This document shows positions 6,473 through 16,543 of a DNA stretch of 29,150 bases, piece by piece. The notes under the pieces were generated by a model that saw only the letters and a program-made list of their open reading frames with translations, ran no database searches and was not told where the DNA came from. Position numbers and translations under genes: made by a program. Positions within the stretch are counted from its first letter, which is position 1, and the number at the start of each line of letters is the position of its first letter. This DNA is from Bdellovibrionales bacterium (GTDB lineage Bacteria > Bdellovibrionota > JAFGOL01): assembly GCA_022710165.1 (NCBI GenBank), contig JAKLHL010000001.1, forward strand, positions 1 through 29,150, written 5' to 3'.

Positions 6473-9379
6473 ATGGATAAAAAATATCTAATAAAATTCA
6501 AGGATGGAGTAATAAGGGGCCCTTTCTCTGAAAGTGAAATAGATGACATGATATACGATAACGTCTTAGCTGGAGAAGAAGAGCTAAGAGAATATCCGGA
6601 CGGAGAATGGATAGGAATAGCCAAATTAGAGCATTTCTATGATGTTTTCATGGGCGCCTTTGAGATAGAGAAGAACATAAAGACTAGCGACAAAGAGACT
6701 TTCGTAGATTCACCTACAAGAACGAACATAAAAAAACAGAACAAGGAAACTGAAAAAACGACCATACAGGATAAAAAGAAAATTAAAGACAAGTCGGAGG
6801 CATCAAGATCTGACAAGACAGAAATATATACAAACGAAGATGTAAGAGTGGTGGCAGAATCACTTATAAAAAAGAAAGATGAAGCGGTGCTTGATCCAGA
6901 GAAGAAATCACCGATCATACCTCAAGCCGTTATTGTCTCCTTGGAAGAAAATGCGCCGAAAAAACCATTATCTAAATTAAAGATGCTGCTCCTTGTAGCG
7001 ATCCCACTGGCTTTGACCGGGTTTATTATATATATGAGCAGCGGCACTGGAGGAACTGACTCTGTTAACATAAACGGAGTGACTTTCGAAAAGGATTATG
7101 TAGAGATAAAACTCCCAGTTGCCGAGACCCAGCGTTATTTGCCAAAAGAAGCAATAAAGCTAAAACAAGATGCGGCAAAACTTCTCAACAACGATGACAT
7201 TACAAGCTATAAAAAAGCGCTGGCCATGTTCCATGAGTCCCTTGAATATGATGCTTCAAACTATAGTGTTCTTTCATACATAGCATACTGTTATTCTAGG
7301 CTATACGAGGTATCAAAAAAAGACGCTGAATACAACAATGCCTTACGAGCAATGATAAACCGTGCAGAAAAATCTGACCAGAACATCCAAACTATTTCTA
7401 CGGCTAAGATGGCTTACTTTAACACCCAGAAGGATTATAAAAGCGCAGTGTCTGTCTTCAATGAATTAATGTCATCGATGAAAGATCCGTCTGCAATAGA
7501 CCAAATAGCTTTTATTAGCTCAGCTGAGGCTTTAATAGGTGGAGGAGATTATAACTCTGCCTATCAAATAACATCATCATTAACAAAAAAGATGGCGTCT
7601 CAATACCCTAGGGCCTATTACATACAAGGCCTTATCAGGATGAACAACAAAGACTACGAACTTGCTGCCGGAGATTTCAAAACAGCATTAAAGCTTAATC
7701 CTAATCATTCAGCCTCTCAAATAAAACTCTTTGAGATGAATAAAGATGCTGCGGCAACAAAGATGTTCGGATACCTAAAAAAGAACAGTGCTAATATAAG
7801 CCATGAAGATGCCTCTGCCATACTTTACCTCTTGGGTAATATCGCCGTACAGAACTCTGATATTGAAAGTGCCAAGACGCTTTATGAGAAGTCTTTAGAT
7901 TTTTCCTCATCAAACGTAAAGGCAATGATCGCCTTTGAACAACTTGGAGGAAACATATCAAAGTATAAGAAAACCGCCACTCAGATGCCCAACACACACA
8001 TAGATTCAAGCACCTTTTTAATGAGAGGCGATGAACTATACCACCTCCAGAAATACAGGGACGCTTCTTTACAGTACAGAATGGCAACAAGCCTTGATAT
8101 GCAGAACATGATAGCCTGGTACAAACTGGCTGAATCATACAGGATGAGCTACGAGTATGCCAAAGCCATAGACGCATACAACGAAAGCCTGAAAATAGAC
8201 AAGCTGTCCATGCCGTCCCTGGTAAAACTTGCAAGGGTCCAAACGGATCTTTTTATGTTTAAGGAAGCGACCGAGAACCTAAAAAAAGCTCAAGAGATCG
8301 ATCCTGAAAACGCTGATGTTCTTTTTTCAATTGGATATCTTCATGGAAAGACCAACATGGAAAAAGAGGCTGTAGAATATTATCACAAGGCTGTAAGTCA
8401 GAACTTCTCTCATGTTGAATCTCTATTCATGTTGGCGAAAATAAACTTAAAGTATGAGCGTTATGAAGAAGCCAAACTGCTTTTTGAAAAAGTGTTGTCT
8501 GCACAACCAGATTACTTTGAAGCTTACATATACATAGCGAGGATATTAGCTAGAACAGATCACATATCAAAAGCCGAAAAATATACGGAGTCCTTAAAGA
8601 AGACCTTCCCTGAAGTTGCAGAAATATCTGTAGCAATGGCCTCGGCCTACATGGATGCAATGGACTATGACAGGGCCGAGCTAGAACTAAAAGACGCTCT
8701 TAAGAAGAATAAATACTCTATCCCTGCCCTCAAGACCATGGGTGAGCTTAATGAGAAACTAGGTAGGAATAAAGAAGCCGTAGGATATTATGATACTATA
8801 TCCATCATAGCTCCTTATTATCTTGATGCCTTGAACCAGAAAGCAAAGATAATGTGCAACCTTGGCCAAACAGCCAATTGCGAGCAGGAACTATTAAAAC
8901 TTGTAGAGATCTGCCCAAGGTATCCTAACGCTCACTACACACTCGCAAAGATGTACTATAAGAACGAGCAGTATGAAAACACCGAAGAGGCCCTGAACAG
9001 GGAGATCGAGTACAACCCATTCATAAGGAACTCATACCTTCTATTAGGTGATACATACATAAAATTAAACAAGATACCAAAGGCCATAGAGCTTTACAGT
9101 AAAATGTTAAAAGAGAACAAAAAAGACCCGTACGGTCTTTTAGGACTAGCTAAAGCTTATTACGCAGCGAATGACTTTAGTGCCGCAGAAACAATGGTAA
9201 AGCAGGCAAGGCACATAGACCCATCAATAAACGACATCTACAGAGTTGAGTGCATGGTATATTTCCAGATGAAAATGTTTGCAGAGGCTAAGAATTCGTG
9301 CGATGAGTTCATAAAAAGAGCTCCTGACGATGCCAACGCCCAAGAGGTCAGGGATATTATAGCTAAAATAACAGGCTAA
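6473..9379 (+). CDS. Bitopic membrane protein: N-terminal GYF_2-like domain, charged linker, one TM helix, long TPR array (968 aa)
   Basis: YLIKFKDGVIRGPFSESEIDDMIYDNVLAGEEELREYPDGEWI fits the GYF_2 (GPF..W) pattern. TM LLLVAIPLALTGFIIYMSS. Many TPR-like units (e.g. AYYIQGLIRMNNKDYELAAGDFKTALKLNPNH, AWYKLAESYRMSYEYAKAIDAYNESLKIDK). Confidence 0.85.
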   Translation: MDKKYLIKFKDGVIRGPFSESEIDDMIYDNVLAGEEELREYPDGEWIGIAKLEHFYDVFMGAFEIEKNIKTSDKETFVDSPTRTNIKKQNKETEKTTIQDKKKIKDKSEASRSDKTEIYTNEDVRVVAESLIKKKDEAVLDPEKKSPIIPQAVIVSLEENAPKKPLSKLKMLLLVAIPLALTGFIIYMSSGTGGTDSVNINGVTFEKDYVEIKLPVAETQRYLPKEAIKLKQDAAKLLNNDDITSYKKALAMFHESLEYDASNYSVLSYIAYCYSRLYEVSKKDAEYNNALRAMINRAEKSDQNIQTISTAKMAYFNTQKDYKSAVSVFNELMSSMKDPSAIDQIAFISSAEALIGGGDYNSAYQITSSLTKKMASQYPRAYYIQGLIRMNNKDYELAAGDFKTALKLNPNHSASQIKLFEMNKDAAATKMFGYLKKNSANISHEDASAILYLLGNIAVQNSDIESAKTLYEKSLDFSSSNVKAMIAFEQLGGNISKYKKTATQMPNTHIDSSTFLMRGDELYHLQKYRDASLQYRMATSLDMQNMIAWYKLAESYRMSYEYAKAIDAYNESLKIDKLSMPSLVKLARVQTDLFMFKEATENLKKAQEIDPENADVLFSIGYLHGKTNMEKEAVEYYHKAVSQNFSHVESLFMLAKINLKYERYEEAKLLFEKVLSAQPDYFEAYIYIARILARTDHISKAEKYTESLKKTFPEVAEISVAMASAYMDAMDYDRAELELKDALKKNKYSIPALKTMGELNEKLGRNKEAVGYYDTISIIAPYYLDALNQKAKIMCNLGQTANCEQELLKLVEICPRYPNAHYTLAKMYYKNEQYENTEEALNREIEYNPFIRNSYLLLGDTYIKLNKIPKAIELYSKMLKENKKDPYGLLGLAKAYYAANDFSAAETMVKQARHIDPSINDIYRVECMVYFQMKMFAEAKNSCDEFIKRAPDDANAQEVRDIIAKITG

Positions 9380-9404
9380 AACATAGAATGGAGACAATTA
9401 GAAG

Positions 9405-10682
9405 ATGATAGATCCAAAAAGGTTCTTAGAAAATCCTGAAGAATATAAAAAACACCTTTCAGCTAGAGGAATGGAAACAACTGTAGCCGACAAGATGTTC
9501 TCCCTAGACAAAGACAGGCGTGATCTTATCTCTAAAGTAGAAAAACTAAGAAGTGACAAAAAACAAAAAAGCCAGGATTTTGGAAAAGCAAAAAAATCAG
9601 GACAAGACACCTCATCGATAGAATCTGAAATAAAGGATATCGATAAAGAATTATCTAATTCAGAAGGACAGCTGGAAAAGATACAGAAGGACTTCGAAGA
9701 TATAGCTATGTCAGTCCCAAACTATCTTCTTCCTGACGTACCTATTGGCAACAATGAGACCCAAAACAAGGTAATAAGGGAGTGGGGCAAGAAACCTAGT
9801 TTCAGTTTTACCCCAAAAGACCACGTCGATATCGGCGAGAATTTGGATATCATAGATTTTAAAAGAGCAGGCAAGGTAACCGGGGCAAGATTTGTATTCA
9901 TGAATGGGCTTGGTGCAAGACTAGAAAGGGCCTTAATTAATTTCATGGTAGATACACACACCAACAAACACGGTTATAAAGAGCTACTACCTCCATTCAT
10001 AGTTAATGAGCAGGCTCTGATGGGGACCAGCCAACTACCTAAGTTCAAACAAGACCTTTTCAAGATAGAAGGTTTCCCATACTACCTAATACCAACAGCA
10101 GAGGTCCCAGTAACTAACTTTTACGCTGATGAAATAATAGAACACAACAAACTGCCTATAAAATTTGCAGCATTCTCTGCATGTTTCAGGAGCGAAGCAG
10201 GAAGCTACGGAAAAGATACCAGAGGCATGATAAGGCAGCACGAATTCAACAAAGTCGAGTTGGTCAAAATAACAGATCAGGAAAGTTCCGTAAAGGAACA
10301 CGATGAGCTGACTAAAGACGCAGAGCAGATACTACAGCTTTTGGGATTACCTTATAGAGTTGTAGCGCTATGTTCCGGAGACATAGGTTTTGCAGCAGCA
10401 AAATGCTACGACATAGAAGTCTGGCTCCCTTCAGCTAATTGTTACAGAGAAATATCGTCTTGCAGTATATTTATGGATTTCCAGGCAAGAAGGGCAAAAA
10501 TAAGGTACAGGGACCCTAATACCGGCAAACCTGTGCTCGCTCACACAATAAATGGAAGTGGTCTTGCAGTTGGCAGGACAGTAATAGCAATATTAGAGAA
10601 TTATCAGCAAGAAGATGGTTCAGTGATAATACCAGAAGTTCTTCGTCCATACATGGGCGTAGACAAAATAACCAAAGCCTAG
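9405..10682 (+). CDS. serS: Serine--tRNA ligase
   Basis: N-terminal coiled-coil arm; motifs [43 protein letters not shown]. Confidence 0.98.
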   Translation: MIDPKRFLENPEEYKKHLSARGMETTVADKMFSLDKDRRDLISKVEKLRSDKKQKSQDFGKAKKSGQDTSSIESEIKDIDKELSNSEGQLEKIQKDFEDIAMSVPNYLLPDVPIGNNETQNKVIREWGKKPSFSFTPKDHVDIGENLDIIDFKRAGKVTGARFVFMNGLGARLERALINFMVDTHTNKHGYKELLPPFIVNEQALMGTSQLPKFKQDLFKIEGFPYYLIPTAEVPVTNFYADEIIEHNKLPIKFAAFSACFRSEAGSYGKDTRGMIRQHEFNKVELVKITDQESSVKEHDELTKDAEQILQLLGLPYRVVALCSGDIGFAAAKCYDIEVWLPSANCYREISSCSIFMDFQARRAKIRYRDPNTGKPVLAHTINGSGLAVGRTVIAILENYQQEDGSVIIPEVLRPYMGVDKITKA

Positions 10683-11485
10683 TTAAGGTCGTCCCTGAAC
10701 AATATCCTTTCTATCTTGATAGCCTTGCCTGTCATTGTATCTACTTCAACACAGGCACCATTAACTCCAAGGTTGGTCTCATCGCTGAACTTAAAAGCTA
10801 CAGGCAGCTGGGTTATGAACCTTTGTATTATTATATCCCTGTCCACACCTATTACCGTATCCATAGGACCACACATGCCAGCATCAGTTATGTAAGCTGT
10901 TCCTTTGTGCAAGATCCTTTCATCAGAAGTTTGAACGTGTGTATGTGTACCGAACATGGCCGTGACCCTTCCGTCAAGGAACCACCCCATAGCTTCTTTC
11001 TCGCTAGTCGTCTCGGCATGAAAATCGACGAGTATCATCCTGTTATTACCGAGAGAGAACTTGGACAAAAGATTATCCATGGCCTTAAAAGGGCAGTCTA
11101 TGGTATGAACGAAAGTCCTACCCATTATGTTAACTACAATGAACTCATACTCGCCTCTTTTCACTACAGTGTAGCCAACACCAGGCACACGGAATTGCTC
11201 GCTGTTAGGATAATTCAAAGGTCTTATGACCTTGTCTGACTTAGAGTCAAGGTAGTTATACAGTTCCTTATATTTCCATATATGGTTGCCAGAGGTCAGC
11301 ACGTCAACGCCCATTATAAAAAGCTCTTCAGCCACATCGGGAGTAAGACCTATGCCGCCGGCCGCATTCTCACCGTTAGCGATAATAAAATCAGGATTGC
11401 ACTTGGATCTTATCTGGGGGAGGTACTTGTGCAAAGCCCTCCTCCCAGCTTTAGATATGATGTCACCTAAAAAGACGATTTTCAT
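10679..11485 (-). CDS. ymdB: YmdB/TIGR00282-family metallophosphoesterase
   Basis: Motifs [40 protein letters not shown]. Directly downstream of rny with a TAATG overlap at 11485. Confidence 0.93.
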   Translation of the reverse strand: MKIVFLGDIISKAGRRALHKYLPQIRSKCNPDFIIANGENAAGGIGLTPDVAEELFIMGVDVLTSGNHIWKYKELYNYLDSKSDKVIRPLNYPNSEQFRVPGVGYTVVKRGEYEFIVVNIMGRTFVHTIDCPFKAMDNLLSKFSLGNNRMILVDFHAETTSEKEAMGWFLDGRVTAMFGTHTHVQTSDERILHKGTAYITDAGMCGPMDTVIGVDRDIIIQRFITQLPVAFKFSDETNLGVNGACVEVDTMTGKAIKIERILFRDDLN

Positions 11486-13041
11486 TATTTTGCTACACCT
11501 ACCGCCCTTGTTTCTCTTATTACCGTTACTTTTATTTGACCAGGATATGAAAGGTCCTCTTCTATTTTCTTGGCTATGTCGCGTGAAAGTACTACAGCAG
11601 CCTCGTCAGAAACTTCATCGCTCTTGACCAAGACCCTGACCTCTCTTCCTGCCTGTATGGCAAACACTCTTTCAACACCTGGGAATGAGTGAGATATCTT
11701 CTCAAGGTCCTCTACCCTCTTAACATAGGACTCGAGCATTTCTCTTCTTGCGCCAGGTCTTGCACTGCTCAAAGCATCAGCGGCCTGAACAATGAAATCA
11801 AGCACTGATTCTGGTTTTTCTTCTTCGTGGTGTGATTTAATAGAGTGTATTATCTCTGGCTTTTCGCCGTATTTCTTTGCAAGATCAGCGCCTATAGAAG
11901 CATGCGATCCCTCTACAGAATGATCTATTGCTTTACCTATATCATGCAAAAGTCCCGCTCTCTTTGCGAGTTTTACATCAAAGCCAAGCTCGCCTGCAAT
12001 AGTCCCTGACAAGAAGGCAACCTCAAGGGAATGGACATACTGGTTCTGTGAGTAGCTAGTCCTATATTTCAATGAACCAATAAGCTTTAGTATCTCAGGA
12101 TGTACACCCTGTACACCGACTTCGAACATTGCCTGTTCTCCATACTCTTTTACTTCCTTGTCTATCTCCTTCCTTATTTTATCAACGATCTCTTCTATCC
12201 TTCCAGGATGTATCCTTCCGTCAGCGATAAGCCTTTCTATCGAAAGCCTTGCAACTTCTCTTTTTATAGGATCAAACCCGGATATAACGACCGTTTCAGG
12301 AGTATCATCTATTATAAGGTCAACTCCAGTAGCCGCCTCTATGGCACGTATGTTACGTCCCTCTCTTCCTATTATCCTTCCTTTCAACTCGTCGTTAGGC
12401 AGAGTAACTGTAGAGATGGTCCTTTCTGCAACATACTCACCGGCATACCTCTGTATAGCGGTTGATATTATGTATTTGGCTTTCTTTTCTGCTTCTTCCT
12501 TATACTCTTCCTCTATTAATTTTATCCTTTTAGCGGCCTCGTGTTTTGCGTCCGCTATTATCATTTCCACCTGAATTCTTTTTGCTTCTTCTGTGGTAAC
12601 GCCTGTCAAAGACTCAAGTTTCTTTTGGGCTTCTTTAACTTTGTTGCTGTACAGCTCTATCTCTGTTTTTATCTTGTTCTGTGACTGAACGAGTTCTTCT
12701 TCCTGTTTTTTTACTTTATCTTCCTTGGCATCTATAAGACTTATCTTTTTGTCCAGGTTCTCTTCCTTTGACAAAAGTCTTTTCTCCCAGGCTTGAACGT
12801 CCCTGGTCTTGTCCTTTATTTCTCTTTCTATCTCCATTTTGGAATGGAGCATCTGTTCCTTAAGCTGGATCTTTGACTCTTTCTCTATCCTTTCACTTTC
12901 ACTCTTTGCCTCTTCTAAAAGCCTCTGGGCTTCTCTCCTGGTGTTAGAAATGAACCATCTGTCCCTTGCTACAAAATAAACCGTTGCAGCAGCGCCCCCT
13001 AAAAAAAGTGAGCCGATGCCAATATAAATAGCTTGCAACAT
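11485..13041 (-). CDS. rny: Ribonuclease Y
   Basis: N-terminal TM, coiled coil, KH domain ([13 protein letters not shown]), HD domain (LLHDIGK). Start set at ATG 13041 because GGAGGT lies 9 nt upstream; the listed 13077 start is probably too long. Confidence 0.97.
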   Translation of the reverse strand: MLQAIYIGIGSLFLGGAAATVYFVARDRWFISNTRREAQRLLEEAKSESERIEKESKIQLKEQMLHSKMEIEREIKDKTRDVQAWEKRLLSKEENLDKKISLIDAKEDKVKKQEEELVQSQNKIKTEIELYSNKVKEAQKKLESLTGVTTEEAKRIQVEMIIADAKHEAAKRIKLIEEEYKEEAEKKAKYIISTAIQRYAGEYVAERTISTVTLPNDELKGRIIGREGRNIRAIEAATGVDLIIDDTPETVVISGFDPIKREVARLSIERLIADGRIHPGRIEEIVDKIRKEIDKEVKEYGEQAMFEVGVQGVHPEILKLIGSLKYRTSYSQNQYVHSLEVAFLSGTIAGELGFDVKLAKRAGLLHDIGKAIDHSVEGSHASIGADLAKKYGEKPEIIHSIKSHHEEEKPESVLDFIVQAADALSSARPGARREMLESYVKRVEDLEKISHSFPGVERVFAIQAGREVRVLVKSDEVSDEAAVVLSRDIAKKIEEDLSYPGQIKVTVIRETRAVGVAK

Positions 13042-13050
13042 AAAGCTTTG

Positions 13051-13068
13051 ACCTCCTTTGCAGGAGAC
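13051..13068 (-). promoter_or_regulatory. GNRA-tetraloop hairpin that contains the rny Shine-Dalgarno sequence
   Basis: Minus-strand RNA GUCUCCU-GCAA-AGGAGGU forms a 7-bp stem (2 G-U pairs) with a GCAA loop; the 3' arm is the SD sequence. Confidence 0.45.
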
Positions 13069-13102
13069 AAAAATCAAGGTAGGAAATTAAAGAAATAACG
13101 GA

Positions 13103-13402
13103 TCAGCTTATTCTTTCGCCTATAAAATTAACTAGCCTCTCAGACTTCTCGAGCAAAATAGACAACTCCTTTTTTTGCTCTTCTGTACTCTTTAAGTGTC
13201 TATCGGCAATATTCATAGCTGCTAATATTACGGCTATATCGGGTGTTGGGGCCTTTCCAGAAAGGGATCTCTCAACATTTTTTATTTCCCTTTCAACGTA
13301 GTCAGCAATATTTTTAATATATTCCTTGTCTTTATTACTGCCGACAACTAACTTTCGCCCCATTATCTCGACTTCTGTGCTGTTTCCGCCTTCCTCCTTC
13401 AT
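13103..13402 (-). CDS. zapA: Cell division protein ZapA
   Basis: VEIMGRKLVV..EYIKNIADYVEREI..AVILAAMNIAD followed by a coiled coil; usual position upstream of rny. Confidence 0.9.
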   Translation of the reverse strand: MKEEGGNSTEVEIMGRKLVVGSNKDKEYIKNIADYVEREIKNVERSLSGKAPTPDIAVILAAMNIADRHLKSTEEQKKELSILLEKSERLVNFIGERIS

Positions 13403-13445
13403 TTAATATCTCCAGACATATTTTGTTATTTAGAGCATGGTCAAA

Positions 13446-13471
13446 ATTATAATAAAAATTAAAAAAGTCAA
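13446..13471 (-). promoter_or_regulatory. Candidate sigma70-type promoter for zapA-rny-ymdB
   Basis: Perfect TATAAT (13451-13446) in an AT-rich 73-nt gap. TTGACT at 13471-13466 gives only a 14-nt spacer, so the -35 assignment is doubtful. Confidence 0.3.
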
Positions 13472-13475
13472 GGAA

Positions 13476-14321
13476 TTACAAGATTTTATGAACGAAGTTC
13501 TTGGCATTAAATTCACTAATATTTTCAAGCTTTTCACCGGTACAAACATAAAATACTGGTTTCTTTACAAGATCGATTGCACCGAAAAGTGCACCGCCCT
13601 TTGAGGTACCATCAAACTTAGTAAGTATTATTCCATTTATATCAAGAGACTTGGTAAAGAGCTCCGCCTGGTTCTTTATATTCTGGCCTTGAGTTGAGTC
13701 TATGACCAAAACAACATGTTGAGGATCTTTGCCAAGTGCTTTGGAAACCGCTTTCTTGGTTTTTGATATTTCGGACATAAGGCCAATTTGAGTATGAAGT
13801 CTTCCGCCTGTATCAATTATAAGTACATCCGTCCCTTTTTGGAGGGCCATGCTTACACTTTCATATGCAACAGCTCCAGGGTCTGCACCTGGACCTTTTG
13901 AGAAAAAATCACAAGCAATTTTTTGGGACCAATGTTCCAGCTGATCAACGCCAGCAGCCCTAAAAGTATCTGCTCCGGCAAGCATCACTTTCTTTTTATA
14001 TTCATTCTTCATTAAGTTAGCTAGTTTTGCTGCAACGGTGGTCTTGCCAACCCCATTGACTCCGACCAAAAGAACGACATTTAGCCCCTCTTCAATTTCT
14101 AGGGCGCACTGATATGGCTCAAGATGTTCTGTAAGCCTCTGTTCAATAACTGTTTTTATTTCATTTATGTCGTTGGTCTTGTTTATGCTGGATGATAGTT
14201 TCTCTACAAGCACAGAGCTAAGGTCCGCATCGTAAAGTATCTTTTCAAATTCAAGCTTGAACTCAGGGTTATCCTTAACCCCGGTAAAAAGATCTTTTAT
14301 CTTTGAAAAGAACCAGCCCAA
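13476..14321 (-). CDS. ftsY: SRP receptor FtsY, short form (NG domain only)
   Basis: GVNGVGKTT, DTFRAAG, DTGGRLH, TKFDGTSKGG. TTG start 4 nt after the pit stop. No acidic A domain. Confidence 0.93.
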   Translation of the reverse strand: MGWFFSKIKDLFTGVKDNPEFKLEFEKILYDADLSSVLVEKLSSSINKTNDINEIKTVIEQRLTEHLEPYQCALEIEEGLNVVLLVGVNGVGKTTVAAKLANLMKNEYKKKVMLAGADTFRAAGVDQLEHWSQKIACDFFSKGPGADPGAVAYESVSMALQKGTDVLIIDTGGRLHTQIGLMSEISKTKKAVSKALGKDPQHVVLVIDSTQGQNIKNQAELFTKSLDINGIILTKFDGTSKGGALFGAIDLVKKPVFYVCTGEKLENISEFNAKNFVHKIL

Positions 14322-14325
14322 AAAA

Positions 14326-15315
14326 TTATCCTATATGGATCGCTATGTAATAAGTGATCGCTGATATTATAGCTGCTGCTGGGATCGTTATTATCCAGGC
14401 CCAAACTATCTGGCCAGCAACACCCCATCTTACAGCTGAAAATCTTTTTAAAGAGCCAATACCGACTATGGATCCAGTTATAGTATGAGTGGTACTCACA
14501 GGTATTCCCAAAGCTGAAGCAAAGAACAACGAGAATGCCGCTCCAGTCTCTGCACAAAAACCATCTACGGGACGAAGTTTGGTTATCTTCTGGCCCATCG
14601 TCTTAACTATTCTCCATCCGCCAGAAAGTGTTCCAAGGGCGATAGCGCCGTGACAAGCAAGAACGACCCACAGAGGTATGTGGAAAGTCGGGCCTAAAAG
14701 CCCTGCACTAAAAAGCAAGCTTGCAATAATACCCATGGTCTTTTGAGCATCGTTACCACCGTGACCCAAACTATAAGCAGCGGCTGATATAAGCTGGCCT
14801 TTCCTGAACCATGAATCGACCTTGGCCGGTGTTTTACGCCGAACACTCCAGTAAACAACTGCTCCAAGCAAAAGACCTACTATAAGACCTAGCACCGGCG
14901 AAATAACTATAAAAGCTATAGTTTTAATTATCCCGCTATATATTAGCCCAGACGGTCCTGCTTTAACAAGGCCAGCGCCAACAAGTCCTCCCATCAACGC
15001 ATGAGAAGAGCTGGTGGGAAGTCCAAGATACCATGTTATCAAGTTCCAGGCACAGGCCCCGACCAATGTTCCCAGTATAACGCTTTGGTCGACGATGTTT
15101 ATATCTATTATCCCTTTGCCTATAGTTCCCGCAACATGAAGACCAAAGAAAAGGAACGCTATGAAGTTAAAGAACGCCGCCCACATGACAGCATACTTTG
15201 GCGATAAAACTCTTGTTGAGACAATGGTAGCTATGGAGTTCGCAGCATCATGAAAGCCGTTCAGATAATCAAAGAATAACGCGAGCAGGACTAGAAGAAC
15301 TAGCGAAAGAGTCAT
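14326..15315 (-). CDS. pit: PiT-family inorganic phosphate transporter
   Basis: Signature segments NGFHDAANSIAT, PTSSSHAL, HGGNDAQK, PVSTTH. Confidence 0.95.
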   Translation of the reverse strand: MTLSLVLLVLLALFFDYLNGFHDAANSIATIVSTRVLSPKYAVMWAAFFNFIAFLFFGLHVAGTIGKGIIDINIVDQSVILGTLVGACAWNLITWYLGLPTSSSHALMGGLVGAGLVKAGPSGLIYSGIIKTIAFIVISPVLGLIVGLLLGAVVYWSVRRKTPAKVDSWFRKGQLISAAAYSLGHGGNDAQKTMGIIASLLFSAGLLGPTFHIPLWVVLACHGAIALGTLSGGWRIVKTMGQKITKLRPVDGFCAETGAAFSLFFASALGIPVSTTHTITGSIVGIGSLKRFSAVRWGVAGQIVWAWIITIPAAAIISAITYYIAIHIG

Positions 15316-15320
15316 TTAGC

Positions 15321-15950
15321 TCACCCCTGTTTTACGAGTATTGATTGTATCGTTTTAGCTGCATGTTCACAGCTGTCTACAGTACCTTCAGCTGTCTCAT
15401 ACATTTCTTTCCACTTTATTATAACTATCGGATCTTTTACTTTCTCAAACAGGTCAGAGATCGCATTTTCCCTAAGTTGATCGCCGACGTTCTCAAGCCT
15501 GTTTATCTCCAGACAGTATTCCCTTATCCTTGTCCTGTTCTTCGTGTTATCAAGACATTTCACAGCATCAACCAATGCGGCGCAAGACTGCTCTATAACT
15601 ACGGCGAACTGTTTCATATAATTGTCGGGAGTGGTCAATTTGTAGAGCCCCATCCTTTTTGTTATGGCGTCTATGGCATCAAGCACATTATCGAGGTTGT
15701 TTGACAACAAGAAGATATCTTCCCTGTCAAAAGGTGTTATAAAGGTCTTGTTAAGAACGTCAGATATCTCATGACTTATGATATCACCTTCCCTTTCCAG
15801 CTTGTGCATCTTTGCAACGGTATCCTCGTTAAAGTCACCCTTGGTAACCAATTCGTTGAAATACCTTGAAGCCAAATAAACGTTCTCAGCTTCTTTGTTG
15901 AACAGATCAAAAAATTTGTATTCTTTTGGCATTAAACTTAGCGCGGCCAT
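15321..15950 (-). CDS. DUF47/PhoU-like Pit accessory protein
   Basis: LEREGDIISH..LNKTFITPFDREDI..LENVGD..IIKWKEMYE..DSCE pattern; immediately upstream of pit. Confidence 0.93.
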   Translation of the reverse strand: MAALSLMPKEYKFFDLFNKEAENVYLASRYFNELVTKGDFNEDTVAKMHKLEREGDIISHEISDVLNKTFITPFDREDIFLLSNNLDNVLDAIDAITKRMGLYKLTTPDNYMKQFAVVIEQSCAALVDAVKCLDNTKNRTRIREYCLEINRLENVGDQLRENAISDLFEKVKDPIVIIKWKEMYETAEGTVDSCEHAAKTIQSILVKQG

Positions 15951-15974
15951 AGATCCCCCTTTAAAATATTTCCC

Positions 15975-16439
15975 TTATATTTGCTTTAATAGATTTACCA
16001 TCTCAATAACGCTGATCGCAGCATCTGAACCTTTGTTCCCGCCCTTGCTTCCGGCTCTTTCTATCGCCTGTTCCATGTTGTCAGCTGTAACAACACCAAA
16101 GCCTATTGGAGTGCTCTCGTCAATCATCACTTTTGCTATCCCTTTTGAGACCTCGCTGCTTACATATTCAAAGTGAGGTGTTGCACCTCTTATCACACAG
16201 GCAAGAGCAACTATACCGTCATATTTTTTTGAAGCCGCAAGGGTCTTGCAGGCCAATGGCATTTCAAAAGCGCCAGGTACCCACAGAACACTTACCTTAT
16301 CGCTATCAAGACCATGTCTATTTAAAGTATCCAAAGCCCCATCCAGCATCCTCTGGGTCATAAAGCTGTTGAACCTTGATACCACTATAGCTATCTTACA
16401 TGATTTAGCTTCTAGTTTTCCTTCTATAACCTTAGGCAT
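15975..16439 (-). CDS. ribH: 6,7-dimethyl-8-ribityllumazine synthase
   Basis: [30 protein letters not shown]. Start set at MPKVIEG (16439) with GGAGGT upstream. Confidence 0.97.
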   Translation of the reverse strand: MPKVIEGKLEAKSCKIAIVVSRFNSFMTQRMLDGALDTLNRHGLDSDKVSVLWVPGAFEMPLACKTLAASKKYDGIVALACVIRGATPHFEYVSSEVSKGIAKVMIDESTPIGFGVVTADNMEQAIERAGSKGGNKGSDAAISVIEMVNLLKQI

Positions 16440-16543
16440 ACACACACCTCCGAATAAATCTAAATCCGCAAAACAAATAGCACAAAAACGAATTATTGCA
16501 TAGCGTTCAAAAGATTAAAAAGACACCCTCTAAGACCTTGAAA

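Noticed and set aside
6660-6960. Lys/Glu/Thr-rich stretch in the TPR gene as a tandem repeat
   Set aside because: Low-complexity linker without a defined repeat unit at the DNA level.
13476-14321. Short FtsY as a truncated pseudogene
   Set aside because: NG-only FtsY proteins are common, all GTPase motifs are present, and a TTG start follows pit by 4 nt.
16440-16543. FMN riboswitch or other ncRNA in the ribBA-ribH gap
   Set aside because: Only about 104 nt, AT-rich, with none of the RFN conserved blocks and no clear strong stem-loop.
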